In this document: piece by piece, positions 39,760 to 53,499 of the stretch
Layout of the letters: every line of letters begins with the position of its first letter
How positions within the stretch are numbered: the first letter of the stretch is position 1
The notes under the pieces: generated by a model
The model's input: the letters and a program-made list of their open reading frames with translations, nothing else
What the model was told of the DNA's origin: nothing
Database searches by the model: none
Made by a program: the position numbers and the translations under genes
DNA from: Carcharhinus amblyrhynchos
Taxonomy: Eukaryota
NCBI GenBank assembly: GCA_965287045.1
Contig: OZ336886.1
Location: forward strand, 39,680,001 to 39,744,000
DNA length: 64,000 nt
Direction: 5' to 3'

Positions 39760-41385
39760 TGTGCATTTATTAAGCACATTTTATAACCACTGGACATCTC
39801 AAAAGTGCATTTCAGCCAATGAAGTACTCTTCAAACGTAGTCAATATGGTACTGTCGGCAACACAGCAGCTAATTTGCACACAGCAAACTTCCACAAACA
39901 GTAAATGTTACAATGACCAAATAAACAGTTTTTGTGATACTGATTCAGGTTTAATTGGGGTCACTCCCATGTTCTTCTCGATGTAGCGTCGACCAGTGGA
40001 ACCAATCTAATGACCCTCTAACCTAAACTATTCCAATATTATCCATATGCCTATCCAATGATCATTTGAATGCCCTTAAAGTTGGTGAGTCAGCTGTGTG
40101 AAAATGCCCAATCGAAAGATAAAACCCCTTTGAGCTTAAGTTGAGGGTCATTGGAATACTGTACCAGACTAAAAGCAGAAAAGTCAAGAATGGGAACAAG
40201 GTGGACGATTAACAGGACAGTTGACTGGAAAGTCAGGTGAGACCTATGGACTAAACAAAAACATTCAGCCAAGTGGTTACCCAGCCTTACTAATTTGACT
40301 TACTAATGTAGAGGAAATCATAATGTAGAGGATCTAGATAGGCTGGGCGAATGGGCCAGGAAATGGCAAATGGAATTTAATGTTGGCAAGTGCGAGGTGT
40401 CCACTTTGGTAGGAATAATGGTAGGAAAGACTATTACTTACGTGGCGAAAAACTGCAGCAGGCGACGGTGCAGAGGGACCTCGGGGTCCTTGTGCATGTG
40501 TCGCAAAAACCCAGCCTGCAGGTGGTCAGGAAGGCAAATGGGATGCTGGCCTTCATAGCGAGAGGGATTGAATATAAAAGTAGGGAGGTCTTGCTGCGGC
40601 TGTATAGGGCACTGGTGAGGCTGCAGCTGGAGTACTGTGTGCAGTTTTGGTCGCCGCACTTACGCAAGGATATTTTGGCCTTGGAGGGAGTGCAGAGGTG
40701 GTTTACTAGGCTGATACCGGAGTTGAGGGGCTTGAGCTACGAGGAGAGGCTGAATAAACTAGGCTTGTACTCCTTAGAGTTTAGAAGAATGAGGGGAGAT
40801 CTCATTGAGACATATAAGATGATGAATGGGATGGATAGGATAGAGGTGGAGAGACTCTTCCCGCTCAGAAAGGACAGTAGGACTAGGGGGCACAGCCTCA
40901 AGATAAAGGGGGGGCGGTTTAGAACAGAGTTGAGGAGGAACTTCTTCACTCAAAGGGTGGTGAATCTCTGGAATTCTCTGCCCGTTGAGGTGGTGGAGGC
41001 TGCCTCGCTAAATATTCTTAAGATGCAGGTTGATGGGTTTTTGATAAGCGAGGGGATTAAGGGTTATGGGGAGAGGGTGGGAATGTGGAACTGAGCCACG
41101 ACAGATCAGCCATGATCTTATTGAATGGCGGGGCAGGCTCGAAGGGCTAGATGGCCTACTCCTGCTCCTATTTGTTATGTTCTTATGTTCTTAAGAGTGC
41201 ATAGGATCTTTTACCCAAGCAGGCAGATGGGATTTTAGTTTAACATCCTATCCAAAAGACAGCACACTATTAACATAGTACTGGTGTGAGGGACTTGATT
41301 TCACTACTCAAGCACTGGAATTTGTTAAATCCAGAACTTAGAGACTCAAAGGCAAGAGTGCTACCAACTGACACACAGATGACAC
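39760..41385 (-). mobile_element. Deu-domain SINE split into 39760-39981 and 41193-41385
   Basis: cagccaatgaagtact...cacagcagctaatttgcacacagcaa...gttcttctcga | agagtgcataggatcttttac...gagtgctaccaactga. Confidence 0.7.
40325..41192 (+). mobile_element. Young 5'-truncated CR1 (ORF2 C-terminus, 3'UTR, TATGTTCT tail)
   Basis: WQMEFNVGKCEV, YCVQFWSPHLRKD, RRNFFTQRVVNLWNSLP; ends ttatgttcttatgttctt. Confidence 0.92.
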
Positions 41386-42389
41386 TAAGACTTAATTTTA
41401 AAGAAAAGTATTTTTAAAAAAATCTGATTTGAAGATCCTCAGATCAGAACAAGATTAATTTCAAAGTTTCAAATACAGAGCTAATACTGTTATAGTTTAT
41501 TTGGCATACTTAATAGATCAGTTCCCTCTTGTAACTGTAAACTCAAAACATATGATGGCATAATACATTGGTGTTTTACCATCCTGTACGACAACATGTT
41601 ATGAAGGGGCATTTTCAACCAACTTCTCCCATGCATCAAGTTACCAGTCTTAACTTCGTTGCCATTCAGATAGTTGGAAAACAGAGGTTAGGAATCTCTT
41701 TTAAAAGAAAACAGGAAAGACTGCTATTCCCAGGATATTCTTCTGTAATTCCTCATGGATGGCTATAAAGCAGTTATGATGTAGGTTTGGAGCTGATCAT
41801 GCCGCTTATTCGTCGTCAAGCAATTCATAGCATAGAGCGAGTACAGGCTAGGAAGCAAGGGTCATGGGGAGGAAAGGGTAAAGCTTTTTCAAATTAATAT
41901 CTCCTATTGTTGGATTTCTGTGGGAAGACACTGAAAATGATTGAATGATAAACTAGGTTCAAACCTCTCAAACATTGCATTTGTATTTTAAAATCTTCTT
42001 TCCCTCAACCAAACTAACTTAACCACAGAATAATATAACAAAGGAGGCCATTTGGCCCATTAAGTCTGTGCCGATTCTTTTCTCTCCCTATTTCCTTGAT
42101 TTTTTTTTCTCCAAGTATTTATCCAATTCACTTTTGAAGACTACTATTGAGTCTGTATCCACTATCCTTCAGTGCATTTCAATCCTAACTATTCACTGCA
42201 TTAAAAAAAGGTTTCCTTATGTTGTCTCTGGTTGTTTCGCTAATTATCTTAAAAATCTGAATCTTCTGGTTATCGGCCCTTCAGCAACTGGAAACAGATT
42301 CTTTTTATTTATTGTACCGAAACCACAGATGATATCTCCTCTTAGCCTTCCCTGCTCTAAGGTGCTAATTCTTATGTCAGGATTTAAAT

Positions 42390-42920
42390 GTTGACTGCCT
42401 TACTTCATCTGTTGCTGAAACACTCATTCATGCCTTCAGTATCTCTAGATGCAACTACTTGAACCTACTCCTAGCTGACCGCTCAACTTCCATGCTCTTA
42501 TAAACTTGAGGTCATCCAAAATTTTGTTCATACCAAATTCTGTTTACCCATCACCACTGAGCCTCTTGACCTACTCTGGATCCTGGTTAAGTCGCGCCTC
42601 TATTTAAGATCCTCATCCTTTTCCAAATTCCTGCACAGCATTACTCCTTCTTATCTCAGTAACATCCTCCAGCCCCAAAATTATGATCCTCCAACTTAGT
42701 CTTCTTGCACATCTCCATTTTAAAATCACCCCACATTGGTAGCTGTGGCATCACTGGCTTAGGTCATAAACTCAGGTTTAAGGAGGGCCTCTCTATCTCC
42801 CTTTCTTCTTTTATGAGGCTCCTTAAAACCTACTGCTTAATATCTCCTTATCTGGCTCGGCGTCAAATTTATTTGACAATGTTCTGGGGGTTATTTTACG
42901 ACATTAATACAAGTTGTTGA
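42390..42920 (+). mobile_element. Decayed L2 3' fragment
   Basis: AETLIHAF...SR...KLEVIQN...PIT...LLWILV-like L2 C-terminal motifs; tail tacaagttgttg. Confidence 0.6.
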
Positions 42921-44811
42921 AAAAAATGTTTATTCATAAGTTCAAACTGCACTTTCCTCCCTAGTTAGAAGTTTAGTCAGACCAAGAGGAAAGTTTCAGT
43001 TAATAGCAAACATTCCAATTATTGGAGATAAAAATAAAAAAATGTTGCAGCAGAGAAACTAGTCCAAGTAGCCTCCTTTATGAGTCACCCAAATCTAATC
43101 CCACTATAATTCATACCATTTAATTGGATAAGGCAACTATCTAATGCTTTTTTAAAAGCTCTCTACGAAGTTATTTCAAAAAGTTTGAGGTTGAATACTC
43201 ACACTCTAACCATCACCTGTAGGAAACAACTGATCCCTCCTTACAATCTTGCTGACCAACAGAAACATCCATTACTACTTGTCCTATCATAATCCTACAT
43301 AAAGGGAGAACATCTCTCTTTATGCATCCCTATTATTTGTTTAATCCATCTGCTATGGTAACATGTTAGTGAATCTACATTGCAACTTGCTCATTACTTT
43401 TATATCCATCCTTAAATATCCTCAGAGATGTAATTTATTTTAAGGAATATTTTACACAATAAGTTAAGTAGGCTTGAATACTTATGATCCAGTAAGCCAA
43501 GTATCTGTAATCTTTAATTACTGCATAAGATCAGAGTATGTGACAAAAGGCAAGAAAAACAAATAATTTATCCTTGGACCCACCTTTCTCAAGAACACGC
43601 TGTCTACTGGAGACATTGGAGAGCATGTACATTTCACCCAGCTGTAATCTCTCAATTTCTCAGCTGTTTCTATACTACAAGACTGCTTTTTCAACATTCT
43701 ATTTAAAAGAGTACTTGCAAGTTCCTCCAGCTAAACAATTGGAAGACTGAAGTTGCCATCTTCAGATCCGAACAAACTCTTTACTGTCACTGCAGAATTC
43801 AACCTCAGCCTGGCTACAGCTATGGACCGAACAACCATCCATAATCTCAACACGTCATGTGTTTTCATGCTTCAGCAGGGTTTCTCATCCTACATCTTCT
43901 CATTCACAAACGTCTTGTGCTTACAGCTCCATCACATCTGCCTTCTCCACTTCTGCAAATCTGCCTCTGACCTCAACTGTAGAAAGTTTACTCTAATGCT
44001 CTCTTACTCTGTGAACTTCAGCTAATTCAGAAACACTGATGTGCATATTTTAATCACACATCAAGATACTCTCACCCAACACACCAGTTCTAGATGATCT
44101 ATCATTACTCCCTGCCCACAAATGAAAATCCCCATGCCAGAGTTAAAATCCCAGTTGTCCCCATCTGTAATCTTCGTGGGTACTACAACCACTAACCTCT
44201 AACTCACTGTTTCCCTTAATGCTGTTTTACACACACATCTTTCTCCTATTTCCTTCCTTGGTCAAGTGCCTGATTTTCATTTGGTTACACTGGCCCCATC
44301 TCATTAAACCCACTTTTTACACTTAAACAGCAGGCATTGGTATTGTTTTGGTGCTCTGAAATACAACAGATGTATACAGCAGACATATGTCAGTTAAAAT
44401 CATTCAATCCAAAAATAGATTCTATGTATTTATGCAACATTTTAGTTCAATAAAGTAAAATGGCCACATCAGGAGACAGGAGCTTAAATCCAATGAAAGT
44501 CAAAGGTTTCAATTTTAATCAGTTCAAAAACTATACATAAAAAGACAGCTGACCACAAGTAAACAGTTTCATGATGTTGCACATTCCACAATTTATGCAG
44601 TCATTTTGTATTTAATTTACTTTGTTTTCATTTTTCTACTTATGACTGATGTCATTTCAATAATGTACAAGCAAGACAAAAGTTTGTAAAAGCCAAACCT
44701 TGAAAAAGTGGCCACTTTAGGAAGCAAGTTTGTTTCAGCTATTTATTAAGTGAATTGAAATATGCATTAAAAACAAAATCAGCATGCTTGGCTCTTTGTG
44801 AGCAGACTTAC

Positions 44812-45251
44812 CCCTTTCTTCACTGGAGTGAGCCAGAACTGAAGGAGGTTTGTAGACTACATGGCCTATGGTATTGGATTTAATTTTTCCCAGCGATGGA
44901 CGGGGACCAGGTAAATCTGACATTGACTGGGCAGATGATAGCCTTTGTGGTCCCAAGAGAAAGGCTCTTTTTGGCTTTGATTTGAGTTGTTTATCTATCT
45001 CCAATGCTTCTTGATCAGGGTTAGCAGAAGTTGTACTTGGAATGATTGCAGATGAATGGTCAGAAAAAGTAGCTTCATTTTTCCTTCCCTTCATTTTGTC
45101 TTTCAGTTTGGCAAAAGGGGACCTCGTTTTATCCTTCATGGAAAGATCAAACATACTTGCAGTCATATTGTTTCGCATGAACTGGATTGAAACCTGGATT
45201 GCGCCTCTTTCTTTTGACTTCTTTCCTGGTTTTGACTCTAATCTGAACCAC
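44812..45251 (-). CDS. RAB11FIP2: RAB11 family-interacting protein 2, coding exon 2 (end of C2 domain and following region)
   Basis: Translates WFRLESKPGKKSKERGAIQVSIQFMRNNMTASMFDLSMKDKTRSPFAKLKDKMKGRK...FLLGPQRLSSAQSMSDL, matching vertebrate RAB11FIP2 as recalled. Acceptor tgtgtttag|G and donor AGGG|gtaagt. 440 nt, phase 2 in, phase 1 out. Confidence 0.95.
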
Positions 45252-45873
45252 CTAAACACAGGGTATAGGATTTGTTATTACGGATACGAACTAATAAAAT
45301 GGCAAACATCAAGGCAGTCATAGATGCAGGTTAGCTTAACACAGTAAAGTAAAATAATAGTTTAAAAATCGTAGAAATTAAGAAGTAACATGCTCCTTTA
45401 AAAAAATGGTTATGGTTAAACAAGTTGTATAAAAATAGTTAGCATTGCTTAAAGTACATGCTCACTTCATTCATTAAATTTATTCTAAAGCAATGGTCAA
45501 AAAAACTACTAAACAGTCCAAAGTGAAAAACATTTAATAGAACAATAATTTTCAAATTGATAATCTGTTGGATTTTTAGACTAAATATTTATACAGAGAA
45601 AGTTATCTTAGGGAGAGTAATGAGAACATGAAAAATGTTTATGCATGTATCAGTACGCTGATGTTGTGTCCAGTATGTAATGTACTCATACTTGAATAAG
45701 CGTCAAACACAGCCTAATTTTTAAAACCTTGCATCTTTGATGCATTTTTGCCATCAAACTTTGGCTTTTATCATCAAGTGGCTTCAGCTCAAGCGATAAC
45801 TAACATCTGACAAACCTTTTACTTAAAAGTTTTACCACACAAATTCATTCAACAAGGGGAGCTGAGGCAAGGA

Positions 45874-46068
45874 ATCATTTTTATTGGCTAAGATCAAGTG
45901 TCGGATTGAGCCCAAAGTGGGGTACAATGCCTTGTCTTATCAACTTGGATGTTGTTTGTTTCTCTTGTGGAGGTCATGAATCGGATTTAATTTGAATTTG
46001 GTTTCTGGAGAAAACAAGGAATGGATTTGTGTTTGTTTGGTCCATTCTAAGCAATGGCTTTGTAACTT
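45874..46068 (+). pseudogene. U2 snRNA-derived sequence
   Basis: Exact TTGGCTAAGATCAAGTGT at 45884-45901 (U2 5' region), then tcttatca, an Sm-site-like tggtttctggag and a 3' gtccattct-like segment, all in U2 order. Confidence 0.6.
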
Positions 46069-47049
46069 TAAGAATGGAGTGAAAGAGTTAAAATTTACAA
46101 TCACGTGACCAATAGGTACTCTATATTGACTTTTAATTATAACTTGGACTCAACCCAAAATAATTGCAAATTTGAAATTAAAATTTTAACATTCATGTTT
46201 GATACATAGAACTAATTCTAAGCAATATTTTTAGTATAGCACCCTTAATATTAGAGAACTTGACAATGATCAAGGCTTTGTCTTTGTTTTCTAAAGAAAA
46301 CTTTGGTTAACTTAGTATACATGCATTCACACACAATCTTAGTTCATTTTTTGCACTTGGATCAAATACTCATGTATAAATGTGCACAGTTGAAACACAA
46401 AGGCTAGAATTTAAACTTTCTTACTCTATACAGCTGTTGATCATTTTAAATTTCCCGTTTGAAAATTGGCAAACTCAAAATGATTCATTGCAAGCCAAAT
46501 TCTTAGAGCCTAATTTTACAAAGTTAATACCGATCTTCAATACCAAGTGAGCTAAGCTAATTAGACAATGATTAAGCAACACCGGGGACAGAGTACAATT
46601 TGGGAAGAATATATAGGGTGGAATTTTCTGGTACCACTAGCAACTGGAAATGTGACGGGCAAGGGAACTGTTTGGTGCGAGGCCAAAAATCAGTTTTTTG
46701 ACAATTGGGACAAACTGCAGGAAAAGTTCTTGGAATTTTAAAGGCAGGTTGACCCAACAAACACTCGGGAAGCCATTTTGCATGCATTAGCATGTCATGC
46801 ATGATCACTAAAAGGCCACCTCAAGGGGGTCACATGATTTGAACATAGGAACAGCTGTGTACTTGAGCTCTAGCACTACTTATCTTTTAATCCTTTCATT
46901 TATCCTGATGCACAGCCCATAAATACCGAAATGGAGTTTTCACTCCAAGATTATGTCCCTGGAAAATTTCTGATTAAGTTTTGGGACAAAGTGCCAAGTC
47001 GTGAAAATCCTCGATGGAAAGTAGTCAGAGTCAGCCCAGATGGAGCTAA

Positions 47050-47520
47050 GCCCACAATGTGGTGATTTGGTCACTGAGCGGGCTCTTGACCTGTGACAAA
47101 GGCGATGTCAATGATGATTGCCAATATGATTAGGGTCATAGAAGACAAACTCAGCATTTTGGCACAGACTTTCAATGCTCAGATTTTGAACTGCAGAGTA
47201 CTGATAAGAAGCTTGATGCAGCGAAGGAAATAATTCTTATTGTCGAGAACACGGCTTTCGCAGTTGAGGCCCACTTTTAATCCTTGGAAAATCAGCCACA
47301 TGGAATGTCAAATTGATCTGGGGAGCTGGGACCAGAGGAGGAATGTCCCTGTGACCGGCTTTCCAGAAGGAGGTGAGGGCAAGCTCCTAGCTGAATTTCA
47401 GAACTGGCTACCACATTTTCTTAATCTCAACACAAAAGCCGGCTGCATTAATCTTGAAGGGCCATGTCATATCCTGTGTTTGTGGCTTGCCTCTGGCTGG
47501 TAATCATGTGTTTTGATAGC
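47050..47520 (+). mobile_element. Degenerate L1-type ORF1 remnant
   Basis: IDLGSWDQRRNVPVTGFPEGGEGK...NWLPHFLNL resembles the fish L1 ORF1p motif DLENRSRRNNIRIVGLPEGAEG. Confidence 0.55.
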
Positions 47521-47830
47521 TTTGGTCATGGAGGTTTAGATGAGGCTGGAAATTATTTGAAAGCCATCCGAATGCAGATTGTCCTGCTTTATCCTGCTAC
47601 CTTAAGGGTGACAGCTGATGAATCCTTGAGGCTGTACCACAATCCTATTAAGGTTTTGGCCTCTCTAAATTCCATGGATAGCAATAATTTGGAGTTATAA
47701 TCTGCAATTCATTAATAATCTTGGATTTTATTACAAAATCAGAATAGGAGTGTAATTTATCATGTTGACAGGGACAATCAAGTATATGAGTAGTGGAGTG
47801 AATTTTGGCTGCTACCTTTGAAAACCAGGG

Positions 47831-48345
47831 ACATAGAACACTACAGCACAAAGAGGCCCTTTGGCCCACTAGTTGCGCCGATCACTTCTATATCTACTAA
47901 GCCATAGACCTATCTATAACCCCCAATCCCAATAGATCCCATATACTCATCCAGAAGTCTTTTAAAAGGCCCCAGCGAGTTCACCTCCACCACCACCGAC
48001 GGCAGCCGATTCCATTCACTCACCACCCTCTGAGTGAAAAACTTACCCCTAACATCTCCTCTGTACTTGCTTCCCTGCACCTTAAATCTGTGTCCTCTCG
48101 TAGCGACCATTTCAGCCCTGGGAAATAGCCTCTGAGAATCCACCCTATCTATTCCTCTCAACATCTTATAAACCTCTATCAGGTCGCCTCTCAACCTTCG
48201 TCTCTCCAGGGAGAAGAGTCCCAGCTCCCTCAACCTATCTTCATAAGGTATGCCTCCCAATCCAGGCAACATCCTTGTAAATCTCCTCTGCACCCTTTCA
48301 ATAGCTTCCACGTCCTTCCTATAGTGAGGCGACCAGAACTGCACA
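47831..48345 (-). mobile_element. 5'-truncated CR1 (second family)
   Basis: VQFWSPHYRKDVEAIERVQRRFTRMLPG...FFTQRVVSEWNRLP; CR1-type 3' end. Confidence 0.88.
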
Positions 48346-50054
48346 TCTATTAGTTTAGAAAGGAATGCATCCCTCAATGCATTCCTTTAATTACTCAGAC
48401 ACAGATTTGATCCTCCTATATCCTTGTTATGTCAGGGATGCAAGGTGGCACAGGGGGCTACCTAAATTGCTTCTGATCCTACGACAAAATTGAATCCTAG
48501 TGGTTTAATATCCTTAAAGAGCTCAAGTATTGAGGAGCCTGCTGGGTAGGTTGTTTGGCACTAGGGCTGTGTGATATTTGTCCATTTTTTTCTCCTTATA
48601 AGCCTTGCTTTTATAAATGGAGGTCTATACTATGTGGTAAGCTTTACTTTTGTCCTGGCTAATTTGAGTAGTGCCACTGTGGGGAGATGGGTGGGTGGTT
48701 TGGGGTAGAGGTTGTGGGTATGGCCCAATGAGTCCTGACAGCTGGTGAAGAAAGCCCCTTTAGAACTACTGGCATTGCACAATTTGTTTCTGCATTTTGG
48801 TTTGGGGTCAAAGAATCCCAGTCGGACTTCTGTAACTTTGCAGACGGAGAACATATGCTAGGAAACTACATTGTTTTGTATCAGGCACCCTTAATATAGC
48901 TGGAGATGGGGGAAATATACTTTGGTGCATGAATCATTGACAGATCAGCCTTTTCTATACTCGTATCGATATCCTATATTCTCATTAGCTGAATACACAA
49001 TGGCAGGAGCTACTTTGAGAACCTTAGAATGTAAATTACGTGGCGCTGTCTCTAGCATCCTATAAGCGACAGAGTGCATCATTATGCCATTTATTCATGG
49101 TTTTATCCTGTTATCTCGTTTTCCCCTGACCTCGGAAACACCCTTTCATTGTTTTCATCTTTGGAGGTGCTGTTTTTATTGAATAATCTGAATCAACTGT
49201 GTGGGTGCTCACTTGTCTCTTTCTGTACATATGGAGAAATGATTACACTGTACTGTTCCAATTCTTGGGCAGCTTGTTGCTTTGTTTGTAAAAATTGGAA
49301 AAATCGTCAGTAAAAATAAGGCCACCTCGCCCATAAGAGAGGAGCAGAAGTAAGCCATTCGGCCCACTGAGTCTTCTCTGGCATTCAACATGATTTCGAC
49401 TGACTTGAACTACCAGGAGAAACTACATTGTTCACTTTTACTACTGCATACAAGAGGTGTGTATCAGGCAAGTTAGACTTCTTCCATGATCAAGAGTGAG
49501 TTGCTGCTGCATTGTTCTTCTGGGGAATGTCTGTAAATGCCGACCTATGTTGGTGGTAGTGTAAGTTGCTTGATGGATGACCCAAGAAAGGGAGGGAAGA
49601 AGGGTCAACAGGTAAAGATGGAAGAGATAGTGTATGCCATCTGGCGCCCAGACATTCATCTCCAAGAGGAAATGGCGAATGCTGCGGCCTCCTGCCTGTC
49701 CCTGCTGCAAGAATTAAGAAGTTCTTTGTGGTTATAAATTTAATGAGACCAGCACAATATTGCAGGCCCATCCCCAGCAGGAGTCACTCTCATTCCCATG
49801 CCTGCCACCAAATTTAGAATTCAGAGCAGAAGTTTCTGTCCTTCGTAATCATTCCAGGGGAAATGTTAAATAAAGCTACTCATGAGCAGTAAACAAGCAA
49901 AATAAGCAATAATTCTGAAAGATGATTTCAGGAAGCAATAGTTAGACATGATATATGTAACAAAATATGCAATTCTCAAATAAAATGTTATTCTCCAGTT
50001 TTGAGCTGTGCTTCTTAATTTAGCAAGGGATGCCACGCACAATAGTATTCAAAG

Positions 50055-50445
50055 AATTCATTTACATTGTAGATAGTGCCTTTCATGATCGCAGAATGCC
50101 CAAAGATGTTCTGTAGGCAATGAAGTTCTGTTATAAAGTAGGGAAAGGCACCAGCTAATTTGTACTCAAAGTCCCACAAGCAAGAGAAAAATGGATGGAT
50201 AACTTTTATTTAAAAAGTAGCGTTGGTTGAGCACAAATATTGCTGAGGTGTCTGGGATAACTCCACTACTCTTTTTTAAAACAGGGCAGTTTACAGTGCA
50301 TTCAAAATGGAAAGCATCTCAATAGTGCCTTGGTTGTACTCTGGGGTGTCAGCCTAAACTGTGCATTCAAGTCATCTGAGTGGAGCGTGCATCTACTACC
50401 TTCTGACTCAGAGATCAGAGTGCCATCACTGAGCAAGGGTTGCCA
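50055..50445 (-). mobile_element. Deu-domain SINE
   Basis: atagtgcctttcatgatcgcagaatgcccaaag...ccttctgactcagagatcagagtgccatcactgagc. Confidence 0.6.
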
Positions 50446-50687
50446 CCTATGAAAAAGGTAAAGGCTCAAAAAGGGACAAAGGAAGCATAACAGAGTTGCA
50501 GAGCAGGTTTATTTGCAACCTTTGCAATGTTTTCCAGAATTCTTGGCTATTTTTAGTAGGATAATAGATTTTCCTGCATTCAAAATGAATCAAACGGAAG
50601 AAGTGTGATGTCTTTGTCCTCGATACAGACTTAAAAGAATGACAATTATACAGGGAGATATCGATAAACACTCTTCTCCATATTTAG

Positions 50688-50815
50688 ATCAAAGAACAAT
50701 ACTGCACAGGAACAGGCCCTTCGGCTCTCTAGCCCTCCAAGCTTGCACTGATCATGTGTTCCTAACTAGACCATCCGTTTATATCCCTCTATTCCCAGTC
50801 TGTTCATGGACATTT
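50688..50815 (-). mobile_element. Short CR1 3' end (related copy at about 57325-57495)
   Basis: aaagaacaa...cacaggaacaggcccttcggc...ccctccaagc. Confidence 0.6.
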
Positions 50816-53499
50816 AACATTTCTTGCATCTGCAAAAAATGAAACATGAAGTATAAATTCTAGACACAACAGACTGCACCTACAACCAAACCATCTGCGA
50901 CATTATTACAGTAATGCATTTCACTTAGCATTTGACAAGTTGCAGTATCTGTGTCTGATTATTACTACTTTTGAAGGTTAATAAACATACACTAGCCATT
51001 AGTTTAAATCCACAATAGTGATTGAGCAACCACATTTAAAAGAAACCTTACAAACTTGCATAAGAAGTCTAATTGCATAAGCTGACCTCCAGTGTACTCT
51101 GGATAAAAGTTCCATTCATCTTGTATTTTTGGATATGATGGAAAATGCTACCATAATTCTTGGTGTGCCATGAAAAACATTTCTTTAAAAAATACAAACA
51201 CAGAAACACTTTGCAAGTGCAGCTGGCACAAAAATTCCCTCACTTTCTCAGCTGGCTATAATATTAAACAGACACGCACCTTTAGAACAATCAGAAGTTG
51301 CACTTTCTAATTTGCCATTTTAGATAGAGATTTTATTACAATGTAGAAAATGATAGCTACTGTAAAGTGAAATTACGTACTTTCTTCTTCATCTTTCCAA
51401 AGTCTCTACAACACAGAGCTGGTTGAACTTCATTCCTTTTTTTAAGCTGCTGTCAGAAGAAACCTGAACCGTGTTCAGAAGAGTTAGAAATTCTGAAATG
51501 CCCATTGGGGACAGAACTTTTCTTCAAAAAATACTCATGTAAAAAAAAATCCATCTCCTAGCATTGACCTAGTTAAGTAAATAAAACTTTTAAACTGAAG
51601 TGAAGTCGTGAATCAGCAGAATTCTGATTTGGTTTTGTAAAATTCACCAAATTCTGGAATATTCAGAGGCGGCTTACAAAAACATCATTACAAACCTAAA
51701 GAACTAAAACAACTAAGTCTATTAGTTACAAAGGAAGTCAAAAACAATTTTAAATATTTAAAGAGCTGAATGCTGAGAAACACAAAAGAATAACCAGCAT
51801 GGATTCAGGAAGTGACATATGCTTAATTTACAGGTTATAACATTTGAATGGCAAACAAGGATTACACACACACACACACACTTCCAAAAAGCTTTTGTCA
51901 AGATTCATTGCTTTTAGCTATTGATGGTAACAATGTTGCAGCAAAGGGAAAACAATGTATGGGTAGCTATATGTCTTAACTAGGGAATAGCAAAAAAACA
52001 GCAGTTTGGCCTTTGTGTGTACATCAATGACTTGCACAAGAAAACAGTCTCTCCTAGTTTGTAGGCAATACCAAGAAGTACAACAAAAAGATAATGAAAT
52101 GAGTAGGTGTCAGACATAGTTTGTTGTTTAGACTTGTAAAATAATTAACAGTGAAACAAATAACCAAAAGGTCCTAAATAGGACAGTTAGACAGTACGTT
52201 GGTTGGAAAAGTCCTTGGTGTTACTCTGAATGCTTTAAAATGGCGGCGCGGGCTCGTTGGGCCGAAGGGCCTGTTTCCCGTGCCAGGTTGTTCTTTGTTC
52301 TTTGAATAAGTTGTTGAAATCATCTGTTTAGCATTTGTCTGCAGTTAAGATGGCAAAATAAGTACTTAGTTGTATTAGCAGCGACTTAGAAGTACAAATC
52401 AAAAATAACCACACCACTGTTATTCAGGTCCCATCTGGAGTACCATGCGCCTGTCCAGCCTTAAAATCATATTGCTTAAGATGATGAACAGCCGTAATGA
52501 TTCTGAGTATTTGGATCCATGTTACTGGAAAGATGATTAGATTTGCCCTCTTCAGGACAACTTTAAATCTTGCCTTTTCCATATTATGAAAGGCACTGAT
52601 AGATTTGTTGCTTATAGTATTGATCACCATAGCTAACATATTAGTAAGGCAAGTTTAAAAATTATGAAATTAGAAAGTAGTAATATTTAACAAAATTTAT
52701 AGAACGGTAAAATAAGTCATCAAGGAATGCCACACAATTAGACAGTACAAATGGGTAGAGAAGATATGTTTCTGATCACGTTAAATGATGAGGAAGTAGG
52801 TATGAGAATAAGATAAATAGGAAGAAATTGTTGGGCCTAGTTGGCTTTCTCAGTTGCTAGGAATGTTTGCATTTACCTGAAGCAAACTATAAATACAACA
52901 AAAGGAAGAATGGCCTAAAAAACTGCATCAGAGAATGCTTTAAAAAGATGATAATTGGCCAGCAAAATGACTTTTTCTACTTGTACTTCCATACAACCTC
53001 CATCTCAGGAAAAAAAAACACATACAAGAAGAGTCACAATTTCATTCAACCTTATTTATTTGAGCAGCCAAAAAAAAGGAGGCAAACTTCATATCAAAAT
53101 TATCCTGCAATCTCATGCAAAATGTGTCTGTTGGCACAAGGTACAAGTTTAAAATTTATCAATTCTGTAAGCTAATTATCAATACAAGGAGGTTTCAAAC
53201 TACTGATGGAAACCACTTTCTAATTAAATCACAGCAGTGACCAATACATTTACCCAATGGGCCAAGATCCCCTCCAAGTGCAGCACTGAGTACGATCAAC
53301 AGAAAAATGAAAACAAAAAGCCTGAAACAATTAATCTACGATAAGAAACAATGAACTTAATTTTTACCATCAGAATCATGTACAAACTGACTTAACTCCA
53401 AATGGACATTGGTTAAACCAAAAAATCCCAGTTCAGGATCCACATTGCATCGCAGATTCTCTTTCATATTTTAAAGTGGGTGCAGAATTTGCCTCATGC

